Shown here: piece after piece, positions 8,254 through 16,037 of the stretch
How the letters are laid out: the number at the start of each line of letters is the position of its first letter
Position numbering within the stretch: position 1 is the first letter of the stretch
Virus record (IMG/VR): IMGVR_UViG_3300046694_000299
Coordinates: 11,119-75,118 of that record
DNA: 64,000 nt
Strand: one strand, 5' to 3'
Origin: a virus
Notes under the pieces: generated by a model
Seen by the model: the letters and a program-made list of their open reading frames with translations, nothing else
Told to the model about the DNA's origin: nothing
Database searches by the model: none
Position numbers and translations under genes: made by a program

Positions 8254-9155
8254 GCGGGCTCCTGGTTGGCGTGGCCGGCTTCGAGTTCGCGCTGTTCTTG
8301 CTCGCGGAACATGGCGGCGAGGGCCTGGCCGGTGGCGACGCGCTGGTCGGCGGTGGACGGGCGAGCCGCAGGGACGGCGTGCAGCGCGGGCCGCGGAGTG
8401 TCTGCGGGCGGGATGGGGGCGAGCTCGCCCCAGGCCGGCATGAAGTAGCGGGCGGAGTCGACGGAGGTGCGGTTCGCGATCTTGACGGCGACGTCGACCA
8501 TCGCTGTGGTGCCGGACTTCTTGATCAAGGCGATCAGGGGGAACCAGTCGTTGCCGCGGAAGGGCCAGCGGACGTTGACGCCAGCGGCGGCGATGCCGTT
8601 GATGAGGGGGCGAACGTCGGCGGGGATGCCGTAGTCGAGTTCGACCTCAGCGGCGGGCTGCTGGCTAGCTAGCTTCTTTGAGTCTGAGGAGTCTGAGGAG
8701 AAGGGGGGAGCCACGGCACCTTCTGAAGGAGCCACGGCACCTTCTGAGTGAGCCCCTGCTCCCCCTTGGGGCTTCGAAGGGGTAGCGGGGGCTCCCCCTT
8801 GGGGTAGCCCCGGCTCTCCCTTGTCTACGGAAGGGGTAGCCCCTGCTCCCCCTTCGAAATGAGGCACGAAGAACGTCATTCGGGTGCCGGGCACCGCGTA
8901 CAGCGCGCGACCGTCCTTGCCCTTCCCGATCGGCACGCGGAACTCCCAGCCGGCCGCGGCGAGTCGCTTGAGGGCGTTGCGGATGACACTGCCGTCCTTG
9001 GCGCCGGTCCAGCGGGCGAGATCTTCCAGGGCCACCCAGCTGCGCCGCGTCCGCTCGTTCGCGTCGTCGGCGATCTCCAGGGCAACGGCGCGCTGGAGGC
9101 CGGAGATGTCCGGTCCCAGTGCTTCACGCAGTTGGCGGCGGAGCTCGTAGCCCAT
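8250..9155 (-). CDS. replication-initiator-like winged-helix protein with Gly/Ala/Pro-rich linker
   Basis: Track ORF trimmed to ATG 9155. Has an N-terminal wHTH-like segment, a repetitive linker and a C-terminal domain. It is the first gene of the replication operon. Confidence 0.65.
   Translation of the reverse strand: MGYELRRQLREALGPDISGLQRAVALEIADDANERTRRSWVALEDLARWTGAKDGSVIRNALKRLAAAGWEFRVPIGKGKDGRALYAVPGTRMTFFVPHFEGGAGATPSVDKGEPGLPQGGAPATPSKPQGGAGAHSEGAVAPSEGAVAPPFSSDSSDSKKLASQQPAAEVELDYGIPADVRPLINGIAAAGVNVRWPFRGNDWFPLIALIKKSGTTAMVDVAVKIANRTSVDSARYFMPAWGELAPIPPADTPRPALHAVPAARPSTADQRVATGQALAAMFREQEQRELEAGHANQEPA
8682..8854. repeat. interleaved short direct repeats (9-, 11-, 17- and 20-bp units)
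   Basis: gtctgagga x2 (8682, 8691). ggagccacggcaccttctga x2 (8707, 8728). agcccctgctccccctt x2 (8751, 8838). gaaggggtagc x2 (8776, 8830). cccccttgggg x2 (8761, 8794). Confidence 0.8.
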
Positions 9156-9250
9156 CAGTTCTCTTCTCTCAGGAGGGGTGTCGCTCGTTCCGGCTGCTTG
9201 CTCAGGACAGCCCTCATGGGGGCGCTCGATGCGGCTGGCGCATTGCGCTA

Positions 9251-9313
9251 TAGCCAACATACACTTGGCCACATGAATGTTGGCTACTGTTGTGCAACTG
9301 GATGTGGCCACAT
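9251..9313. promoter_or_regulatory. operator-like palindromes in a divergent intergenic region
   Basis: 10-bp inverted repeat tagccaacat (9251-9260) / atgttggcta (9277-9286). 12-bp perfect palindrome atgtggccacat (9302-9313). Half-site tggccacat at 9266-9274. Confidence 0.5.
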
Positions 9314-9333
9314 CGCCGTGGGACCATGCCGCC

Positions 9334-9597
9334 ATGACCGAGGAGGAAGTCGTGACCCGCCTGAAGCAGGCAGCCACCGCGAAGCGCGCCGCAGAAGAGG
9401 CCGCTACCGCGCAGTTCGAGAACGCCGTGGTAGACGCGCTGCGCTCCGGACTCAAGCCCAAAACGGTTGCCGACGCGACCGACTACAGCTACGAAACGAT
9501 CCGGCGCATCGCCAGGAAGTACGACATCGGCCGCCTGCGCGAGCCGACCGTCACCAGCAGGAAGAAAGCCCAGCCGGGAGGCGACTCCCCGGCCTGA
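9334..9597 (+). CDS. HTH DNA-binding protein (87 aa)
   Basis: Track ORF 9277..9597 trimmed to ATG 9334. 'YSYETIRRIARKYDIG' is HTH-like. Confidence 0.65.
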   Translation: MTEEEVVTRLKQAATAKRAAEEAATAQFENAVVDALRSGLKPKTVADATDYSYETIRRIARKYDIGRLREPTVTSRKKAQPGGDSPA

Positions 9598-9612
9598 CCG
9601 AGGAGACGTCTC

Positions 9613-10077
9613 TTGTATCTCGACGACCACCGCACCGCCCTGTACCGCTTCTACGACGAGGGCGGTGCTTTGCTGTACGTCGGCATCACGGCGAACACGG
9701 AAGAGCGCTTCGCTCACCACAAGAACTACAAGGCATGGTGGCCGGAGGTCGCCGAGACCACGATCGAGTGGTTCGACAGTCGCCCGCCGGCGCTCGCTGC
9801 TGAGCTCCGGGCCATCCATGACGAGCGGCCCGTCTACAACATCAACGGAACCCCTTGGGCCTCCGCACGGCGCGAGCTTGAGCCAGAGGAGCGCACGGTC
9901 ACTGAGCTGAAGCGCAATCTCACTGATCAGTGCCGGCGCGTCAGGCTGCGAGGAGAGTCGCTGATCGTGGTCGATAGCACGAAAGCCCGCAAGCCCGTCG
10001 CCGCCCTCGTGTCGTTCGACTTCTACGAGCGAGCCATCGCGGCGCTCGCTCAACTCGACGCCGCGGCCTCCGGCTGA
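9613..10077 (+). CDS. GIY-YIG-like N-terminal domain fused to a Phd/YefM antitoxin-like C-terminal domain
   Basis: TTG start with GAGGAG 7 nt upstream. 'LYRFYDEGGALLYVGIT...RF..H' fits GIY-YIG. 'TVTELKRNL...GESLIVVDSTKARKPVAALVSFDFYE' fits Phd/YefM. Confidence 0.7.
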   Translation: MYLDDHRTALYRFYDEGGALLYVGITANTEERFAHHKNYKAWWPEVAETTIEWFDSRPPALAAELRAIHDERPVYNINGTPWASARRELEPEERTVTELKRNLTDQCRRVRLRGESLIVVDSTKARKPVAALVSFDFYERAIAALAQLDAAASG

Positions 10078-10099
10078 CCTCATCGCTCCTCCTTCCTCC

Positions 10100-10124
10100 A
10101 AGCCCCGCCTGTACGGCGGGGCTT
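10100..10124. terminator. bidirectional hairpin (10-bp perfect stem, 5-nt loop) between convergent genes
   Basis: aagccccgcc tgtac ggcggggctt. Confidence 0.7.
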
Positions 10125-10137
10125 CGTCGTGTCCGGG

Positions 10138-10323
10138 CTAGGGCTGGTCGCCCTGGGCTGCGGGGTGTGCGGCCCAGCCGGCGGGGTTGTGTAGTTCGCA
10201 GCGCCAGCCGACGGCGTACAGCCGTGCGGGCTCCCCGCAGACGGGCCGGCCGGTGTCGCACTTGCCGGGCGTGACCTTGGGCCGGGGCGGCGGGGTGACG
10301 GTGATCCGCTTCGGCTCGCTCAC
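10138..10323 (-). CDS. small hypothetical Cys-containing protein (61 aa)
   Basis: Trimmed to GTG 10323, with a GTGA overlap with the upstream stop. Confidence 0.5.
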   Translation of the reverse strand: MSEPKRITVTPPPRPKVTPGKCDTGRPVCGEPARLYAVGWRCELHNPAGWAAHPAAQGDQP

Positions 10324-10748
10324 GCCGCCACCTCCCCGAAGATCGCCGCGTACTGCTCGCGCATCGCCTGGTCGTCGACGTGGTCGGGGTGGACGCAGCC
10401 GTCTCGGCCGCAGCCGGTTCGGGTGATGCCGACGGGTTCGCGGTGGTGGGCAAGCCGGAATGCGATCTTGTGGGCGCTGTGGTTGTGGTCGCGGTGCTTG
10501 AGAAGGCAGGCCCGTCCGGGCTTGTAGAAGGGCCACAGGAGGTGCCCGTCGTCGGTGGGGACGACGCGCCGCCAGAAGGCGTCCTCGAGGGTTTGTCCGC
10601 GGAGCGGGTTGCCGGGCTTGTGAGGCGGGATGCCGAGCTCGTTGCGCAGCTTGCGGACTTGACGCTTGGAGACGTTGAGCTGGCGTTCGATGCCGCGGTC
10701 CGTGTGGCCGGCGCGCAGGAGTTCGACGATGGCGGCGCGGGTGTTCAC
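10320..10748 (-). CDS. HTH plus HNH-like endonuclease-type protein
   Basis: GTG 10748 overlaps the whiB stop. N-terminal HTH is 'RGIERQLNVSKRQVRKLRNELGI'. C-terminal 'HSAHKIAF...CGRDGCVHPDHV' is HNH-like. Confidence 0.7.
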   Translation of the reverse strand: MNTRAAIVELLRAGHTDRGIERQLNVSKRQVRKLRNELGIPPHKPGNPLRGQTLEDAFWRRVVPTDDGHLLWPFYKPGRACLLKHRDHNHSAHKIAFRLAHHREPVGITRTGCGRDGCVHPDHVDDQAMREQYAAIFGEVAA

Positions 10749-11146
10749 GCGGCCTCCCCCATCTGCTCGCGGTAGACCTCGGCGATGCGCCACACGGTGC
10801 GGACGTGGCAGCCGACGACGTCGGCGATTTCGTAGGCGTCCATGCCGCCGCGCTCGAGGAGGCGGAAGACTTTCTGGCGACGATCGGCGTCTCGCCGCCG
10901 GCGCTCGTTGCCTCCGGCGATCGTGGAGCGGGTTCGCGGGAGTTGGGCGCCCCACAGGCCGTGGCGGCGGTTGTGCGCCAGCTCGCCTTCCGTGGCCTGG
11001 GCGAAGTCGGCGCACTGCTGCTGTACGGGGCAGCTGGCGCAGATCTTCTTGGCGTCGGAGTAGCCGGCCCCGCTGCCTTCCGGGTGCCACAGGTCGGGGT
11101 CGGTCTGTGCGCAGCGCGCGTCTTCCATCCAGTCGTAGCGGCTCAT
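10745..11146 (-). CDS. whiB: WhiB-family regulator with C-terminal HTH extension
   Basis: Four Cys in the Wbl pattern (ARC...CASCPVQQQC), then a GLWGA turn, then a ~60-aa tail with 'MDAYEIADVVGCHVRTVWRIAEVY'. Confidence 0.9.
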   Translation of the reverse strand: MSRYDWMEDARCAQTDPDLWHPEGSGAGYSDAKKICASCPVQQQCADFAQATEGELAHNRRHGLWGAQLPRTRSTIAGGNERRRRDADRRQKVFRLLERGGMDAYEIADVVGCHVRTVWRIAEVYREQMGEAA

Positions 11147-11424
11147 CGGCCGATCTCCTCTCGTGTGGGTTGGTTCCAGGTGACGCGGATGGCGAGGTAG
11201 TCGAGGACGCCTTGCTCGCTGGCGGTCTGCCGGGGTGCGGGCCGGCTTTGCATGCGGGCGAGGTCCCAGTGGTGCCGCATCCGGCGTCCGGTCCAGATGG
11301 CGCAGTGGGTGGTCCAGTAGCCGGCGATGGCGGTCACGGCCGCGGTGGTTGCGGCGAGGATCGTCACGGATATGGCCAGGCCCCAGTAGGCGGTCTCGAG
11401 GACGGCGGCCAGGTTGTCCCTCAC
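11143..11424 (-). CDS. membrane protein
   Basis: GTG start with a GGGAGG SD. Hydrophobic segment 'WGLAISVTILAATTAAVTAIAGYW'. Confidence 0.6.
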   Translation of the reverse strand: MRDNLAAVLETAYWGLAISVTILAATTAAVTAIAGYWTTHCAIWTGRRMRHHWDLARMQSRPAPRQTASEQGVLDYLAIRVTWNQPTREEIGR

Positions 11425-11504
11425 GTCCGCCTCCCGGCGATGGAGGCGTAGGCGACAGCGGCGATCCCGGCCATCAGGGCGAGGCAGGCGACGGTGAGGG
11501 CCAT
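11421..11504 (-). CDS. micro-ORF, hydrophobic peptide (27 aa)
   Basis: Hand-translated MALTVACLALMAGIAAVAYASIAGRRT. Stop and start overlap on both sides. Confidence 0.3.
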   Translation of the reverse strand: MALTVACLALMAGIAAVAYASIAGRRT

Positions 11505-11878
11505 CAGGCGGCCCGCCTCTGCTGCTGGCGGGCGTTGCGGCGCTGGGTGGCGATGGCGCGGCCCTTGTCGGTGAGGCGCCAGACGGCGATGCGGTGGGCG
11601 TGCGTGTTGGCCTGTGTGGACGGCACCATGCGGTCGGTGTGGGCGATGATCCCGCCGGTGCGCAGGCTGTTGATGGCGGCGCCGAGGAAGCCGTGGCCGA
11701 GCTCCGGGAGGACGTCGCGGAGGTCGTTGCAGGACCATTCGGTGTGGCGCTGGCCGAAGTGGAAGACGGCCTGCTCGACGATGAACTGATCCCAGGAGGA
11801 CTGGTCGGCTATCTCCTCGAGCAGGAGATCCTTTTCGGCGGTGGCGAGTCGTTCAGCAGGGGTGAGCTTGCGGGCCAT
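11504..11878 (-). CDS. hypothetical protein (124 aa)
   Basis: Trimmed to ATG 11878, with an AAGGAG SD (MARKLTPAERLATAEKD...). Confidence 0.7.
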   Translation of the reverse strand: MARKLTPAERLATAEKDLLLEEIADQSSWDQFIVEQAVFHFGQRHTEWSCNDLRDVLPELGHGFLGAAINSLRTGGIIAHTDRMVPSTQANTHAHRIAVWRLTDKGRAIATQRRNARQQQRRAA

Positions 11879-11915
11879 GGCGGGCTCCTTGAGGCTGTGA
11901 TGTCCTTGGTTGAGG

Positions 11916-11942
11916 GGCCGGCCCGATTCCCGCGGGCCGGCC
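11916..11942 (-). terminator. hairpin (10-bp perfect GC stem, 7-nt loop)
   Basis: ggccggcccg / cgggccggcc, downstream of the stop at 11958. Confidence 0.6.
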
Positions 11943-11957
11943 TTCGGTGTGTGCGGG

Positions 11958-12932
11958 CTACTGCTGGGCGTTCTTGAGCGCGGTGCCGCGTTCCTTGATG
12001 AAGTCGCCGAGGTTGGTCGGCTCGCCCGTCGTCGGGTGCAGGAACGGCGTGGCGAGGGCGCCGTGCGACTCGATGTCCCGGTACGCGGCGAGAAGGCTCT
12101 CCGGTGTGGCGTTCTCGGCAGTGGCGGCATCGATCCACGCGGACGGGTCGACGGCCTCGACTCCGTCGTTGAGCCAGTCCAGGAGCGGCTTGGCGATGTC
12201 CGTGCCACCGTCGGGCCGCTCGAGCACCTGGTTGTGGAGGGCGGGGCAGCGGGACTTGAGGATCCTCAGCGTGTTCGTCACGTCCATGGCGCCGACGACG
12301 TCGAACTCGTACTCCACGCCCTTGCGCTGTTCGGCCCGCATCCCCATCGCCACGGGCTCCTTGCGCCCGCGGTCGTTCTCCTGGAGGACCCATTCGGTGT
12401 GGGAGCGCATCGTGACGACGACGTGTCCGGGGAAGGAGAGGAGGGCGTCGATCATGTCGTTCTGCATCGGAGTGCCCTCCTTCCAGCCCGCGAAGGAGTT
12501 GCCGCCGTACCGGGACTTGGCCTTGTCGACCTGCTCCAGCGTTCCGTCGGTGCCCTTCCAGTAGTGGGAGAGGGAGTCGACGAGGACGACGTCGTAGCCG
12601 GCCTGGGCTGCGGCGGCGAGTGCCTTGACGAGGTCGCGGGGGTCGAAGCGCTGCATCTGGAGGACGTCGAACTGGATGCCGTTGATGCCGACGTACTTGG
12701 ATGCGGCGCCGCGCTCGGTGTCGATGACGGCGAACCGCTTGCCGTCCGACAGGCCGTTGGCGAGGGCGAGGGACGTCCACGTCTTCCCGGACCCGGACAC
12801 GCCCTGCAGGGCGATGCGAGCCTTGGCCTGCTCCTTGGTGGCCGGGCGGAAGGTGAAGCCGCCGGTCTCGTACTCGTCGGGCTGGTTCTGCTGCTGGCGT
12901 CCGGTGCGGACAGGCTGAGGGAGCTGGTTCAT
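11958..12932 (-). CDS. RecA-like / Sak4-like AAA ATPase (recombination)
   Basis: Trimmed to ATG 12932, with an AGGAG SD. Walker A 'GVSGSGKT' and Walker B-like 'VVLVDSLSH'. Confidence 0.8.
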   Translation of the reverse strand: MNQLPQPVRTGRQQQNQPDEYETGGFTFRPATKEQAKARIALQGVSGSGKTWTSLALANGLSDGKRFAVIDTERGAASKYVGINGIQFDVLQMQRFDPRDLVKALAAAAQAGYDVVLVDSLSHYWKGTDGTLEQVDKAKSRYGGNSFAGWKEGTPMQNDMIDALLSFPGHVVVTMRSHTEWVLQENDRGRKEPVAMGMRAEQRKGVEYEFDVVGAMDVTNTLRILKSRCPALHNQVLERPDGGTDIAKPLLDWLNDGVEAVDPSAWIDAATAENATPESLLAAYRDIESHGALATPFLHPTTGEPTNLGDFIKERGTALKNAQQ

Positions 12933-12942
12933 CGGGTTTCTC

Positions 12943-13779
12943 CTAGGCGTACTGGCGCTCGACCCACGAGGGCAGCGAGACGAGAGGGGTTTGCAGGTAG
13001 CCGGGCCACTCGCCGGACTCACGGCAGAGGGAGTAGGTGTTGAGGGCGCGCTCGTTGAGGTAGCGGCCGATGCTGCTGGCAGCCGAGTCGAGTTCGATCA
13101 CCGAGACCAGGTAGGGCGGTTCCTTCTCCTGGAAGATGAACTTGAACGGGCAGACCAGCTCGGTCAGTCCGAGCTCCAGGGCGCCGTCCCGGTAGTACTC
13201 CTGCTGCTGGTGGTAGCCGTAGTCGTAGACGTGCTTGCCGAGGTTCGCCGGGTTGGCGGTGCGGCAGGACTTGTAGTCGACGAGTTGGCCGTCGTGGCGG
13301 GCCCAGTCGATGCGGATGCGGCGCCAGACGCCCCGGTCGTTCCAGATGACGGTGCGTTCGGCGACACCGCTGCCGGGCTCGAGGAGCTCCGCGGCCTCGG
13401 GGTGGGCGCGAAGGGCGGCGGCCATGGCGTGGACCTTGTCGAGGTCGCGCTGCTTGAGCGGGATGTTCCCGGCCTCACGGATCTCCTTGACCAGGGCCTT
13501 GACCTCGTTGGTGTTCCAGATGTCCCGCTCGACGAGGACCAGTTCGGGCCCGTCACCGAGGACGACCTTGTGCGCGGCGGTGCCGAAGTCGAACTCCTTC
13601 TTGTACGGCTCCGGGTTGTCGAGCCAGTACTTGAAGGCGGCAGGACATTCGTTGGCGAGCTTGCGGGCGCCGGTAGAGGAGAGGCTCCCGCCGGGGACCG
13701 GATCGCTGTGGTACAGCGCGGCATCGATCTCGTACACGCCGGGCTGCACCTCGGCCGGCGCCTCCACCGCGGCGGTCAC
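12943..13779 (-). CDS. PD-(D/E)XK family exonuclease (RecE/Cas4-like)
   Basis: 'RIDW...LVDYKS...YGYHQQQEYY' matches the D..(D/E)xK plus QxxxY pattern. It sits next to the ATPase. Confidence 0.8.
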   Translation of the reverse strand: MTAAVEAPAEVQPGVYEIDAALYHSDPVPGGSLSSTGARKLANECPAAFKYWLDNPEPYKKEFDFGTAAHKVVLGDGPELVLVERDIWNTNEVKALVKEIREAGNIPLKQRDLDKVHAMAAALRAHPEAAELLEPGSGVAERTVIWNDRGVWRRIRIDWARHDGQLVDYKSCRTANPANLGKHVYDYGYHQQQEYYRDGALELGLTELVCPFKFIFQEKEPPYLVSVIELDSAASSIGRYLNERALNTYSLCRESGEWPGYLQTPLVSLPSWVERQYA

Positions 13780-14048
13780 TGGGTCCGTCCGCGGGCGATG
13801 TTGTCGACGATGCGGGCGGCGGACTCGCAGCCGGGGGCCGTGCGAAGCGTGTTGGCGGCGTCGCGCAGAACGTCAGCCGCGTAGTTGTTCATGAGGCTCA
13901 GCCCGTTCTTGCCGAGGTGGCCCCCGTCCTCCAGGGCGCTTCGCAGTTCGGCTGCGGGGGTGCAGTCCTCGCAGACCCCGTCCTTTGTGAAGGGCCCGTC
14001 TTCGTCGCCGCAGCTGGTGCAGCGCAGTGGCTGCCGGATGGTGGTCAT
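13776..14048 (-). CDS. hypothetical protein with CxxC...CxxC
   Basis: 90-aa track ORF. Overlaps both neighbours. Confidence 0.65.
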   Translation of the reverse strand: MTTIRQPLRCTSCGDEDGPFTKDGVCEDCTPAAELRSALEDGGHLGKNGLSLMNNYAADVLRDAANTLRTAPGCESAARIVDNIARGRTQ

Positions 14049-14287
14049 CAGAACGGGTACTCCTCGCGGGTGGTGGTGCGGGTCCAGAGCGGCAGTCGCC
14101 AGGTACGGAGCTCGTCAAGGCAGTGGCAGTCCTCCCAGTCGGGGTCGCCGCTGTAGGTGAGCCAGCCGTGGCCGCCGCGCCCGTAGCAGGCGCCGCAGGT
14201 CGGGTCGGGTTTCGGTGTCCGGGTGAGGTACACGGCCCGCTGGTGCAGTTCGAACTGCCAGCGGCCGAAGGTGCGGGTGAGGTACAT
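14048..14287 (-). CDS. hypothetical Cys-rich protein (79 aa)
   Basis: Trimmed to ATG 14287 (MYLTRTFGRWQFELHQ...). Confidence 0.6.
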   Translation of the reverse strand: MYLTRTFGRWQFELHQRAVYLTRTPKPDPTCGACYGRGGHGWLTYSGDPDWEDCHCLDELRTWRLPLWTRTTTREEYPF

Positions 14288-14316
14288 GAGGTCTCGTTTC
14301 GGGGTGCACTGAAGGT

Positions 14317-14362
14317 GGGCCGCCAGCCCCAGCCGGGGGGGTTGGTCCGGGGCTGGCGGCCC
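14317..14362 (-). terminator. hairpin (14-bp perfect stem, long loop)
   Basis: gggccgccagcccc (14317-14330) / ggggctggcggccc (14349-14362), downstream of the stop at 14421. Confidence 0.55.
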
Positions 14363-14420
14363 TGGATGCCGCGGAGCGCGAGGGGGGCGCGCTACACCGC
14401 GGCGGTATGGGAGGCGTTGG

Positions 14421-14750
14421 TCAGCTGTGGTCGTGGAGCACGAGCCACGCCGGCTCGGGATGGAGTTCGTGGCCGAGGCGGACGGCCACGTTGTGGAGGA
14501 CCGTGTTCCAGGCCGGGACCTCGTACCGGGCGAAGGCGTCCGGCGTGAGGCGAGCGAAGGTGTTCTCTTCGATCTCCTCGGATTCGGTGACCAGGAAGAG
14601 CTGCTCGAAGTCGCCCAGGAAGGTGTGCTCCACCCGGCCGAGGCGTTCACCGTCGGGCTGGTCGGCGAGCACGGCGTCGAGGTGCTCGAAGTCCGTCGTG
14701 GCGGGGATCTCGAACCCGTAGGCGACGCTGGTCGTGTGGTGGAGGCCCAT
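14421..14750 (-). CDS. hypothetical protein (109 aa)
   Basis: Trimmed to ATG 14750 (MGLHHTTSVAYGFEIP...). Confidence 0.65.
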   Translation of the reverse strand: MGLHHTTSVAYGFEIPATTDFEHLDAVLADQPDGERLGRVEHTFLGDFEQLFLVTESEEIEENTFARLTPDAFARYEVPAWNTVLHNVAVRLGHELHPEPAWLVLHDHS

Positions 14751-15286
14751 CAGTTGGCACCTGCCAGCTTCACGATCCGGTCGTGGGCGTCGTTGAAGTC
14801 GTTCGTGTCGAGGCCCATCCACGGCACGGTGTGCGCCATTCCGAGCAAAATGTCGTAGGCGCTCATGCCGTCCGATGCGGCGGCGGCCTTCTCGATGTCC
14901 GCGTCGGTGTAGGTGCCGTTGCTGCTGACGTCGCCGGGCATGTAGTTGCTGCCGGGTTCGTCGCACCAGGCGTGGCTGAGCTTCGCGTACAGGTCGCGGG
15001 CCACCTTGTCGGTGATGGCTTCCTTGAGGTCTGCGGTGTCCTGCGTCCAGTCGATGCCGGACTCGGCGAGGATCTGAACGCCCTTGAAGGCGTTCTCGCG
15101 GGTCATCGCTTCGGCGATGGCGAGGCCTTCGTGGTGGCCGATCCGCCAGCGCGCCGGATTGTTCAGCGCCTCGGTGGCGGGCATCCGGCAGACGAGCAGG
15201 CCGGGTGCTGCTTGTACGGCGCCGGACACGGTGTGCTTCTGCTGGCCGTGGACGATCATCGTGTAGTCGGTGGTCTCACCGATCAT
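14750..15286 (-). CDS. hypothetical protein
   Basis: 178-aa track ORF with a complex sequence. Confidence 0.7.
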   Translation of the reverse strand: MIGETTDYTMIVHGQQKHTVSGAVQAAPGLLVCRMPATEALNNPARWRIGHHEGLAIAEAMTRENAFKGVQILAESGIDWTQDTADLKEAITDKVARDLYAKLSHAWCDEPGSNYMPGDVSSNGTYTDADIEKAAAASDGMSAYDILLGMAHTVPWMGLDTNDFNDAHDRIVKLAGAN

Positions 15287-15399
15287 CGGAACTCCTGGGG
15301 TGGGATGCTGGTGGTGGACTCCCGCCCGTTAGCCCCGGGCGGGGGTTTCTGCTTTGGGCCGCCGACCGTGCGGGAGCGGATCGCCGCACGGCCGGCAGG

Positions 15400-15906
15400 T
15401 CAGGTGGTGGCGGGCCCGTCGACCGCGGCCCACGACGGGACGTGCACCGGGTTGGCGGCGTCGGGTCCGACGTAGCGGACGTTGAGCGCTTCCCAGAGGG
15501 GCTTCACGTAGATCGGCCCGGTCGCCTGGTCCTCCATCGCCGTGGTGTCGCGGACCATCGACGGGACGTCGATTCGGTTGGCGTTCGCCTCTTCGGCGAG
15601 GAACGGCGCGAGCTGGGCCTGCAGGGTCTGAGCCTCAACACGCCATTCGGCGCACTCTTCGAGGAGTTCGTCCCGCTCCGACTGCATCGCGACTGCGGCC
15701 TGCTCGGCGTCCTCTCGCTTGCGTCGCTCGCCCTCCCAGGCGGCGTACACCTCGTCGCGGTCCTGGATCAGCAGGGCGAAGTAGTCGTCGGCGGCCATCT
15801 GCCGGTTGAGGAGCTTGCGGTTCTCGTCGCGGAGTTCGGCAATCTTGTCGACGGCGCGCCGGCTGCCGTTGCCCTTCAGCCCGGGGATCAGGTCGGTGAG
15901 GGTCAC
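15400..15906 (-). CDS. hypothetical coiled-coil protein (168 aa)
   Basis: Trimmed to GTG 15906, with an AAGGAG SD. Confidence 0.65.
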   Translation of the reverse strand: MTLTDLIPGLKGNGSRRAVDKIAELRDENRKLLNRQMAADDYFALLIQDRDEVYAAWEGERRKREDAEQAAVAMQSERDELLEECAEWRVEAQTLQAQLAPFLAEEANANRIDVPSMVRDTTAMEDQATGPIYVKPLWEALNVRYVGPDAANPVHVPSWAAVDGPATT

Positions 15907-16037
15907 TGCTGCTCCTTGCTGGCTATGCGGTTCGAGATGCGGGGTCCGGCGACGGTCAGGAAGGCGATCGCGGCGAGGACGGCCCAGCCTTCGGCGGTCA
16001 GGTAGTAGGCGCACAGGACGTCCGTCAGCCGGATCAC
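15903..16037 (-). CDS. micro-ORF, membrane peptide (44 aa)
   Basis: Hand-translated VIRLTDVLCAYYLTAEGWAVLAAIAFLTVAGPRISNRIASKEQQ. Very GC-rich third positions and GTGA overlaps at both ends. Confidence 0.45.
   Translation of the reverse strand: MIRLTDVLCAYYLTAEGWAVLAAIAFLTVAGPRISNRIASKEQQ

Noticed and set aside
6958-8448. Long antisense or alternate-frame ORFs. Examples are 6958..8448(+), 40992..42464(+), 45214..46554(+), 52373..53599(+), 32332..33294(-) and 36221..37258(-)
   Set aside because: These are shadow ORFs typical of high-GC DNA. They have Arg/Gly/Ala/Pro-rich low-complexity translations and overlap genes with clear motifs on the other strand or frame.
8682-8854. Possible CRISPR-like array, because of the clustered short repeats
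   Set aside because: The repeats are of different words, irregularly interleaved, lack uniform spacers, and lie inside a coding linker.
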